Positions 12,393 to 21,838 of a stretch of DNA of 64,000 nt are shown here, one piece after another. Numbering within the stretch: the stretch's first letter is position 1; every line of letters starts with the position of its first letter. The stretch is from Scyliorhinus canicula (lineage: Eukaryota). Below the pieces are notes generated by a model, which did no database searches, was not told the DNA's origin, and was given only the letters and a program-made list of their open reading frames with translations. Location: NCBI RefSeq assembly GCF_902713615.1, contig NC_052169.1:3994915-4058914 (forward strand), given 5' to 3'. The position numbers and the translations under genes are program-made.

Positions 12393-13300
12393 CTCCATTT
12401 GCCTTCCTAATTACTTACTGTACCTGCGCACTAACATCCTGTGATTCATGTACCAGGATTCACAGACCCCACTACACCCAATATTCAACATTTGAATAGT
12501 ATACTGCTTTGCTATTTTTTCTGCCAAAGTGGACAAGTTCACATTTTCCCACATTATACTCCATCTACTATTTTTTTTTCCACTCGCATAACGATCTACA
12601 TCCCTTTGTAGACTTTATAGGGGCTGTTTAGCACACTGGGCTAAATCGCTCGCTTTGAAAGCAGACCAGGCAGGCCAGCAGCACAGTTCGATTCCCGTAA
12701 CAGCCTTCCCGAACAGGCGCCGGAATGTGGCGACTAGGGTCTTTTCACAGTAACTTCATTGAAGCCTACTCTTGACAATAAGCGATTTTCATTTTTTCAT
12801 TTTCATTCAAACCATTGCAAACAGGTCCTAGCATTGATCCCTGTGGCACTCCACTAATTATCGCTTGCCAACCCAAAAAAGACCCATTTACCGCTGACAA
12901 AGAGTCACCCAGACTCGAAACGTTAGCTCCCTTCTCTCTGACCTGCTGAGATTGTCCAGTTTTTACTGGTTTTGTTTCAAATTCCAGCATCTGCATAATT
13001 TGCTTTTATCCCTGACCACTGCTCCCTGTTAGCTAACCAATATTTTATCAATGCTAAAATGTTACTCCCTATACCACAAGCTCATATTTAGTGCAGTAAC
13101 CTTTGATATGGTAACTTATCAAGTGTTTTGTAAATCCAAGTAAACTACATCTATAGGTTATCCTGTCCACCTTGCTTGTTACCTTCATCAAATAATTCTA
13201 ATAAATTAAACATGATTTTCCTTTCATAAAACCATGTTGACTTTGCTGTATCCCATTATGATTTTGTAAGCATCCTGCTATTACCTTAATAATAGATTCA
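12393..13300 (-). mobile_element. CR1 LINE fragment with nested SINE (12619-12808) and hammerhead-bearing insert (about 12894-13010)
   Basis: Peptide WQAIISGVPQGSMLGP on the minus strand; two inserts interrupt the alignment. Confidence 0.7.
12619..12808 (+). mobile_element. Second tRNA-derived SINE family (GGGGCTGTTTAGCAC head, ATTTC-repeat tail)
   Basis: Near-identical minus-strand copies at about 24066-24250, 26117-26301, 33514-33689 and 54808-54987. Confidence 0.8.
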
Positions 13301-13332
13301 GGCATAACCCTGTCATTTTCCCTCTTTTCCAG

Positions 13333-13362
13333 GAGGAGGTAAACTCTTCACCTGGGGCTGGG
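13333..13362 (+). CDS. RCCD1: RCCD1 30-nt coding exon
   Basis: ttccAG...GTaagt; (R)GGKLFTWGW; phase 1-1. Confidence 0.92.
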
Positions 13363-13588
13363 GTAAGTATTAATCAAATTGGCAATTGAAACAAGCTTTA
13401 GTGTTGATTTTGGTGGTCTTCTATGGACTAGAAAGTTGTGAGTTTGAGTTCTTAACCTAACTTGCCAATCATGTAATATTCAGCTTTGTTCTAGATACTA
13501 TTTTTAAATCAGTTTCTATCTTGCAAATCAGTTTCTATGGATAATAGATGTTGAAGATGTCATGATTATTTAAAGAGTGTGCACCTCT

Positions 13589-13786
13589 GGGCGGCAAGGT
13601 GGCACAGTGGTTAGCACTGCTGCCTACAGTGCTGAGGTCCCGGGTTCGATCTGTGTGGAGTTTTCACATTCTCCCCGTGGGTCTCATCCCCATAACCCAA
13701 AGATGTACAGGGTAGGTGGATTGGCCACACTAAATTGACTCTTAATTGGAAAAAAAAATAATTTGGTACTCTTTTCAAAAAAAAAA
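13589..13786 (+). mobile_element. Short A-tailed HE1-type SINE
   Basis: HE1 head plus ...cttaattggaaaaaaaataatttggtactc and a poly-A end. Similar copies at 22615-22801, 25407-25633, 38780-39003, 46605-46824, 52755-52945 and 60075-60300. Confidence 0.8.
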
Positions 13787-13981
13787 GAATCTCCTCGTGT
13801 CCTTCAGCCCAATCATCACCAATTCAAGCTGACTAATTAAACCAACCATCTCAGTGATGGGCTCTGGGATGTTGCTGATGTAGAATGGGGACTACGATTT
13901 CCCGTATAACAGTCACCGTGCTTCAAAAACAATTCATGGATCAAGTGTCTTCAAACTTTCCCGTATGGATGCAAGTAGATC

Positions 13982-14664
13982 AGGCAGGATTCACACATCG
14001 CGCGGCTAAGTGTTGACGCCGGCATAAAAATGGGAGTGTTTTACTCCGGCATCAACAGGCCTTTTGGCGTCCGATTCTCCGGGCCACAGGGGGCCAGCTC
14101 GGTGCTGGAGCGGCCCACGCCGGCTGCTGACCCCGGCGTCAACTGGGTGGCCACGGGGTCCGCGCATGCGCCGTGGCACCGGCGCTAACGCGCGCATGCG
14201 CAGTGGCTCACTTCTCTGCGTCGGCTCCAACGCCAAATGGCGTAGGGCGACAGGTGCCGGCGTGGAAAAAAGGAGGCCGCCAGCCTGCGAGGCCGGCCCG
14301 CCGATTGGTAGGCCCCGATTGTGGGCCAGGCGACAATGGAAGCCCCCCACCCCACCAGGGTCGGACCCCCCTCGCCCCCCACAGGCTGCACCCGGACCCT
14401 TCAATGGCGAGGTCCCACTGGCTCAGAGCATGTTAAAACGGCGCTGGTGGGACTCTGGTTTTTTGTCACAGCCGCTCAGCCCGTCTGGGCCGAAGAATTG
14501 CGCGGGCGGGGGGGGGGGCGCTCCCAACCGGCGCTGCGCCGGCCTCAATGGCGCCGATTCTCCGCTCTGTGGAGAATCACATCCCGGCGTCGGGGTGGCG
14601 TGGCGCGATTTGCGCGGCACTCCGCCGATTCTCCGACCCGCCATGGGGTCGGAGAATCACGCTC
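13982..14664. mobile_element. GC-rich hairpin-ended non-autonomous element (MITE-like)
   Basis: Abrupt CpG-rich block in an AT-rich intron; terminal 13-bp hairpin GATTCTCCGACCC/GGGTCGGAGAATC at 14627-14658; related to 62174-62757. Confidence 0.65.
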
Positions 14665-14711
14665 GTTATTTTCATAGTAAATTTTACAGAATGTTTGTTT
14701 ATATTTTCCAG

Positions 14712-14854
14712 GTACCTATGGGCAACTTGGCCACGGACATACTGATAGTTCTGATCTTCCACAGCTTGTTGAGTACTTTGTACAAAACCATCTTTCTGTT
14801 CTGGATGTTGTCTGTGGACCGTGGAACACTTTTGTGTTTGCACGACAGGAATAA
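14712..14854 (+). CDS. RCCD1: RCCD1 last coding exon
   Basis: ttccAG; GTYGQLGHGHTDSSDLPQLVEYFVQNHLSVLDVVCGPWNTFVFARQE, then TAA. Confidence 0.95.
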
Positions 14855-15056
14855 TTTTAAACGTTGGATGAATTGTGTTCTGTCAATCACTGGAATAAGG
14901 GTGTGTACGATCGTGTGGCAATTAGCTCAGTGGCCTCATGAGTAATCATGTACTGAGTCACATTAACTGGAATTGTTGTTTTTTGATCCCCAATCAATGC
15001 TGTTATTACCTGTCCAAGGGCACTGGTTGGCATAGTCATGGGTTAGGAAGGAGGTA

Positions 15057-15062
15057 AATAAA
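15057..15062 (+). terminator. Candidate RCCD1 polyadenylation signal
   Basis: AATAAA about 200 nt after the stop codon, followed by T/GT-rich sequence. Confidence 0.5.
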
Positions 15063-16613
15063 CTTTGTTTCCTGCTGCTGATTTATTATCCATTGATCTG
15101 TATATGAAGCTGTACATATGCAGGCATCTGATAAGGACAGAATTGTGGTTACTCTTGTGATAAAGTTAGTCTGCTGATGATTTTTATCTAGACTTTGAGA
15201 AGAATGATCACATGGATGAAGTATTGGAGGAACTAAAATGCTCATGGGACTCTGAACCTGCAGGAGTTAGCACTTTTGGGAAAAGAAAGTGTGGCCAAAT
15301 TTAAACCTTTGGTGTCAGAACAACATGTCTGATCTGGAATGGAGCAACTGACTAGGATCAGAAAATATTTATAAAAGACAACAATAAGCTGGAGACTTTG
15401 GTAACTTAATAATTCCTATTGATGCAGCACGCACTGTGCACGAATCAGATTTCCTGCCATACTGCTTAGTTTCACATGTATATTGTTGCAACGTCTCAAC
15501 TCTGGTCTACTTTGATTTCCTCACTATCTCCCCCTCCAACCTGCCTCATCTCTCTAGCTTCAAAAACCCTATCTGATCACCTTGTCTTAAGCTGTTTCCT
15601 GACGCGCATACTCAGCTCATGGACATTATCTGAACCCTAATGTGCACCTAAATATTAACGCAGTATTAAAATTACATATTTCATATCAATGGAATCGTAT
15701 TTTTTATCAACACCTAACATTCAAGCATTCAAACTAAACTAACATTCGATTTTCAGTGGACTTAATTAACTTTTCTGTGAATTTGTTTGCAGGCATATTT
15801 ATGGAATCGCTCACTCATCACTTCTGTGGTGAGGGAGTGTCCAAGTTGATGGCTGTATCCATCCCCTGAGATCTTTTTACCCAGCCTATGATTCACTCAT
15901 TCCTTCTATATTTGTGCATAATGCTGATTTTACTGGACAGCCTAAAGTTTGTTGCCATTTTCACATCCTTTTTATATGGTTACTGGGATTTGCAGCATTA
16001 TTCTGACTGGGGAGTAAATTTAATTGCCATCGGCTTTGCTGGCTCCTGCTAAAGAATCCCTGAGATTAGATTGTTGCCAAAATCAGCACCTGCTGTAAAT
16101 GTGTAATTTTGCTGCCTTCCTCGATCAATATTGATGGTGATGGATAGTCCTTTCCTGGTGTATTTTCTCTGGACTAGGCTTTGCTTTGCATATGTTTTCG
16201 AGTCCTCTGAAGCCTTACCCCATTGTTTGATGTCGATAGATACTGTGCACATCCCTAATTGCACTTGAGGGGCAGTTAAAAGTCAATCTCATTGCTGTGG
16301 GTCTGGAGTTGCATATGGAGGCTGACCAGGATTGGACCAGTGTTGGCTTTGTATAATCTGAAGAATATTCTCCGGCTCCATTGTTCCACAGAGGATTTTG
16401 GTTTGTTCCATTTCCCCCCGACCCCCAGCGACAGTCTTCAGCAATCCTTAGTTCAGGTTGGCTAGCACTGCTGCCTCGCAGCACCAGGGACCAGGTTCAA
16501 TTTCCCCCTTGGGTGATTCTGTGCCAAGTTTGCACTTTCTACCCGTGTCTGTGTGGGTTTCCTCCCGCTGTCCAAAGATGTGCAGGTTCGGTGAATTGGC
16601 CATGCTGTGTATG

Positions 16614-16730
16614 GCTTTGACAAAGAGTCATCCCGACTCGAAATGTTAGCTCCCTTCACAGATGCTGTCAGACCTTCTGAGATTGTCCAGTATTTGCTCT
16701 GTGTTTCAGATCTGAGTAATTTGCTTTTAT
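16614..16730 (+). mobile_element. Penelope-derived short element with hammerhead motif (U3:A8 variant)
   Basis: GCT-TTGACAA-A-GAGTC-ATCCC-GACTC-GAAA-TG-TT-AGC; body shared with the 12894-13010 copy. Confidence 0.6.
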
Positions 16731-16934
16731 CCCCAGAGAATTAGCCCGAGCCTCGATTATTAGTCTAGTGACATTACCACAACATAACTGACTCTCCCCG
16801 ATCTCACAGTTGTCAATAACATTTAATACCTAGAACCATGGAATTCCTGCAGTGCAGAAGGAGGCCATTCAGCCCATCGATTCTGCACCTACCCTCTGAA
16901 AGAGCACTCTACCCAGACCCACTCCCACCCCGTA

Positions 16935-17140
16935 GATATAGAGGGATTGGCCATCCATGGTACAGAGGAGGCAGTTAGGGCCAGGGTGTATGGTATCGGA
17001 GGAATCGCGGATGTCGGTGGGAAGAGACTGGACAAGAGGAGAGAGTGTGGGGTCAAGATCGGAAAAGGAGTTTGATGGGGCAGGAGCAGGCTTACACAAT
17101 GGGCCAACCGGACAATCCCATCTGTGGATTTTGTGGATCG
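16935..17140 (-). mobile_element. Penelope-like element reverse transcriptase fragment
   Basis: KIH...DCP(G)RPIV(S)ACSCP / LSPLVQSLPT(Y)IRDSSD / PGPN.LL.TMD.QSLY, recalled as fish and shark Penelope RT motifs; frameshifted. Confidence 0.75.
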
Positions 17141-17282
17141 CACGACATTGGTTCAGATCCCACCATGGCAGCTGGTGCAATTTAAAGTCAATTAATCAAA
17201 TCTGGAATTTAAAGCTAGTCTCAGCAATGGTGACCATAATTGTCAATATTTGGCTCACTGATGTCCTTTCGAGAAAGAAAAG

Positions 17283-17618
17283 GGGCAGCAGGGTAGCATG
17301 GTGGTTAGCATAAATGCTTCACAGCTCCAGGGTCCCAGGTTCGATTCCCGGCTGGGTCACTGTCTGCACGTCCTCCCCGTGTGTGCGTGGGTTTCCTCCG
17401 GGTGCTCCGGTTTCCTCCCACAGTCCAAAGATGTGCGGGTTAGGTGGATTGGCCATGCTAAATTGCCCGTAGTGTCCTAATAAAAGTAAGGTTAAGGGGG
17501 GGGGGGTTATTGGGTTACGGGTATAGGGTGGATACGTGGGTTTGAGTAGGGTGATCATGGCTCGGCACAACATTGAGGGCCGAAGGGCCTGTTCTGTGCT
17601 GTACTGTTCTATGTTCTA
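17283..17618 (+). mobile_element. HE1-head SINE with a second CR1-subfamily tail
   Basis: Tail ggcacaacattgagggccgaagggcctgttctgtgctgtactgttctatgttcta, also seen at CR1 ends near 7310-7400, 8545-8630 and 28900-28970. Confidence 0.8.
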
Positions 17619-18642
17619 AATCTGGTTGTGAACTGTTGATTGCAATGGCCTAGCTGGCAAACCACTCCGTTCACGGGCTCATAGGAATGAGCAACAAATG
17701 CTGTCCTTGCCAGCGGCGTGAAAGCTTCAGATGATCAGTGAGCGCTGTGGAATTCCCAACATTCAGTAAAACCCTGGTGGAATGCGTTCCTTTTCACACC
17801 AGTTGTGTTCTCTGCCAGGAAATTCAAAATCCAATGAGCCCTTTAAGGATACTTTCTGAAAGCTGCTGCAAGGTAACCTCTAGTGCTTCCTCTCCTTAAC
17901 ACTGGTCAGGCTGGAGTGGAAGACCAATGTCCATGGGTCGTTACGAGAGACATAATGTGGTGACTTTGTCCAGCACCTACCCAGACAGCAGAGCACAATG
18001 TGGTTGGTAATCACAAGGATCTTTGTCTGATTTGTGGACCAGGTTTTACAATTTGTTTTATGCTTCCAACACCTCGGGAATTAGCCCAGCATCAACAGTT
18101 TGGTGAGTACCCCAGCTGCCAAGCACATTATTTCCCAAGTGCTTTCCTGAGCTTATATTTGGTGATGGGAGCCTCTCCTGGGGCTCTCCCATTCTGCAAT
18201 ACAGCAGCAACAACTACTTGGGCCAAGAAAACTGTGTTTGATTATAGTCCATTATTCTTTAGGTTCCTGACAAAATGGTTCTGGTTGTGCTGGCATGTGA
18301 AGGCATGCTTCCTTTTCCATTCCATAATTTTTTTATTACTTGGCTTGATGTGGTGAGGTGATCTTTGCAGTCTCAGCTTTTCCTAAGCCTGTCTCTGTAC
18401 CCAAGGTACAGTGTTGGTATGTTTCAGTGGCCTGTAGCATTGCATGGATCCTGCTCTTGTTCATACTTTTAGAAACATTCCAACTGTATTGATGTTTTGA
18501 GAAATTATCGGCTTCTTGACTGTTTCCCTATTTAGCTCGAGCTAACTGACATCAATTGGTAAAACACTTTGTAGAATGGGGATGGAATTTTAGATTTAAA
18601 ACCGATGCGTCTTGCACAGTGAATGGTTAGAATGAAAATACT

Positions 18643-18648
18643 TTTATT
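18643..18648 (-). terminator. Candidate CIB1 polyadenylation signal
   Basis: AATAAA on the minus strand about 310 nt after the CIB1 stop. Confidence 0.55.
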
Positions 18649-18959
18649 GCACAGTAAAAATGCTGAGTTTATCATTGGAAGCATTCTAGTCAAAAAATAT
18701 AAAAGATTCTTTTCTCCCTCCCTGGTGTTAATCAAACATTTTGAAACATTAATATTTTGAATACTGTAACTGTAGCTTTCGAAATTGATATCGATGCAAT
18801 ACAGATGTAAAATTCCTCGTCAAAGATCTCCCTCCGCCACTCCCAAAATATTAAAGGCAGAGAGTTTCTGGAATCGGGAGAACACCAATCTTGTCCCCAG
18901 GTCAAAGATTTCCAGGGAGGTAAAATGACTTTCCCCATCACTGATGATCCGCGATTATT

Positions 18960-18981
18960 TTATAGAACAATCTTAAAGGAG
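18960..18981 (-). CDS. CIB1: Calcium- and integrin-binding protein 1, coding exon 7 (last)
   Basis: tgttttcctttcAG acceptor; (S)SFKIVL then TAA, the typical CIB1 C-terminus. Confidence 0.95.
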
Positions 18982-19642
18982 CTGAAAGGAAAACAAACAA
19001 TCATCAAAATCAGTAAAGAAGGAAATCTGCACCTGAACTATTTCTATTTGGGTGGGTGGGAGGCAAGGCAGAGCTTTCTGTGGGTATAGGAGGTGGCATT
19101 ACTCTTCCTGGCCTCAGCTGGCTGTACAACACCTACAAGAGGATGAAAGAGTGCGGCTCACACTCCATTTGTACCTTAAATTGGAAACTGTTTTAGGTGT
19201 GCCATGTGACCCTGACTTGCCTATTACTGTAACAGACACCATGGCTACCCTGCTTTCATTCAGTCGATATATGATTGAATCAGGGTGTCAGCTTAGCAGT
19301 ACATTTACTGCTCCCACTTTATGCTGGACAGAGCGAGTTAAAATTAGTTGCGTCCTAGCAGCTAATTCCCTTATACACACACACATTCTTCACCAGAGAC
19401 CAATTACAGTTCTTGAACTGTTGGCCCAGTTGTGTTTGATGAATCACTGACTAGAAATCAAACCTGGTCCCTTGATCAATTTAGATTTAGTATTCGCAAT
19501 AGCATTTCATTTCTCAGAAACCATATATCTGACTTAGTGTCCCTCTCTGCTCCTGCTCAGGTTATAGATATGATTAAATCGTGTTTCAGTTAAAGTGTGC
19601 GTTAGTGAAAGAAGAAGAGCCATTAAATTCTGTTCACCATAC

Positions 19643-19731
19643 CTCACAAAGTCAGGCGATCTGGAGATGACATGCTGAAATTCTGAGAGATTCACAGTCC
19701 CATCTTTATCAATATCGGCTTCTTCCAAAAT
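19643..19731 (-). CDS. CIB1: CIB1 coding exon 6 (EF-hand 4)
   Basis: 89 nt, AG/GT; ILEEADIDKDGTVNLSEFQHVISRSPDFV. Confidence 0.97.
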
Positions 19732-20055
19732 CTGGGTGACACAGTAAGTATATTTAAAGTATTTTTAAAGTGGGTCAGGCATACACCCATGTCACTCCCA
19801 GATGCTAAAGTGACAAAACCATCTTAAAAAAGGAGAATGAAAGCTAGTCATTTAATTCTGGATTTTTCCAACCTGGATCTTGAAATTTATAGCTAGCGAC
19901 AGTTAACCTGAATGTGTTCATTTGCTAGTGGCCTTAAAAGGGTCAAACCAGATTAGCATTGAAACATCACAACCATGCACTGATCAGTAATAACAGTAAT
20001 AAACTAGTACTTTAAATGTGCTAAAGTCAGCATTTTATACATAGAAATTGTTTTT

Positions 20056-20390
20056 CATAGAATTTACAGTGCAGAAGGAGGCCATTCGGCCCATCGAGTC
20101 TGCACCAGCTCTTGGAAAGAGCACCCTACCCAAGCCCACACCTCTATCCTATCCCCATAACCCAGTAACCCCACCCAACACTAAGGGTAATTTTGGACAC
20201 TAAGGGCAATTTAGCATGGCCAATCCACCTAACCTGCGCATCTTTGGACTGGGAGGAAACAGGAGCACCCAGAGGAAATGCACACACTGGGAGAACGTGC
20301 AAACTCCGCACAGACAGTGACCCAAGCCGGGAATCGAACCTGGGACCCGGGTGCTGTAAAGCAATTGCGCTAACCACTATGCTATCGTGT
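20056..20390 (-). mobile_element. HE1 SINE with CR1 tail
   Basis: Full head, body and tail as at 951-1266. Further copies at about 20695-20920, 44298-44585, 49370-49645 and 54378-54697. Confidence 0.85.
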
Positions 20391-21838
20391 TACCCAATAT
20401 TCACAGAATATTGATTAGTTACACACACACACAAGGCAAACTGCCTCTTGTTTCTAATTTTAATATCTGCCCTTTGACACTTGCCACCAATCCTCCATTG
20501 GTCATGAAGCTTGAGATGGTATGGCAAATCACACAGCCACTGTCTATGCTAGTAGGCTTATTACATAGTCACGGCAGTGGTTTTCATGTGGAAATAGACA
20601 AAATCTCAATGGCACATACAGAAACTTTAAAAAAAAATACAAAGCCCCATAACTCCATATAATGGAATTTATCAGTAACATTTTGTTTAAAAAACAGCAC
20701 CCCACCTAGGCTTGTATCCCCACCCTATCCCCATAAATGCACCTAGCCTTTTTGGACACTAAGGAGCAACTTAGCATGGTCAATTCACCTAACCCGCACA
20801 CTTTCTGGACCCTAGGAGGAAACCGGAGCACCCGCTGGGAGAAAGTTCAAACACCACACAGATAGTCACGGCCAGAATTGAACCCAGCTGTGAGGCACAT
20901 TCTTAACCGCTGTGCCGCCCCTTAACATCAGTAACATAAGTCCTTGGTTTTGAAGCTATAAAATCACGGTCAACTACTTGTGGAATCAAGGGTATCAGAA
21001 TTAATATCCTACTAGCTGCAACTAAACTAAGAGACCAGACACAGTAGCCTCACATCAACCAGAGGCTCTGTTCCTCGTCACTGATGTTGCCAGATATTGA
21101 GTGTTTCCAACATCTGCAGTATTTTACTTTTGTTGCAGTTTCTAATGTGAGGGAGGTCGAAACCTTGAATATACCAAGGATCCAACCATTAGAATATATT
21201 TAATTCTTGGGAGGACTGAATTCATATATAAAATTAAAATTATTTTGCATCAAAGTAACCCACTAGGAACTCCCATGAAATGAACTGCTTACTGTAACTT
21301 GTGAAATCCCAGCTGATTTTCTTACTGAAGCAGTGAATGATTTGCTGAATTCTGTCCTTCACTACCACAAACCTCCGGTAGGTTCCATAACAACTGCCTT
21401 TGAAAATTACTGTCCGACGGGTATAAAGAAAGTTACTTATTCCTGTACAACTGTTGTTCATTATAAAACAGAAATTTATCTCCAGTTTAATATGGTTATC
21501 AGTCATTCATAGGCCAGTGACTCCTGTTGAAAGTGTGCATGTTGTTTGGACATGGACCTAGCTTGGTTGGTGTGCTTCTTCTACTTAGCTTGTGAATGTT
21601 AGCAGACTGCTCACAAAGAATGGATACCTGGGCTAGGTACTGGAAACTTGTGTACCCATAACCCAGCTACAATATGTATTGCAGAAGAGAGGAGAAGATT
21701 CAGACAAAGGTGTTTGGGGGGGGTAAGGAACTTAATTTATGCACAGCAAATAAGAATAAGCTGACAAGCCTATGTTTGTGGCTATTTGAAAACACTCACA
21801 CGAGTGCCTTATCTGAGTCGTTACGTGGTTCATCCACA

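Noticed and set aside
14064-14945. 293-aa plus-strand ORF
   Set aside because: It runs through a GC-rich repeat and then across the RCCD1 last exon in the wrong frame.
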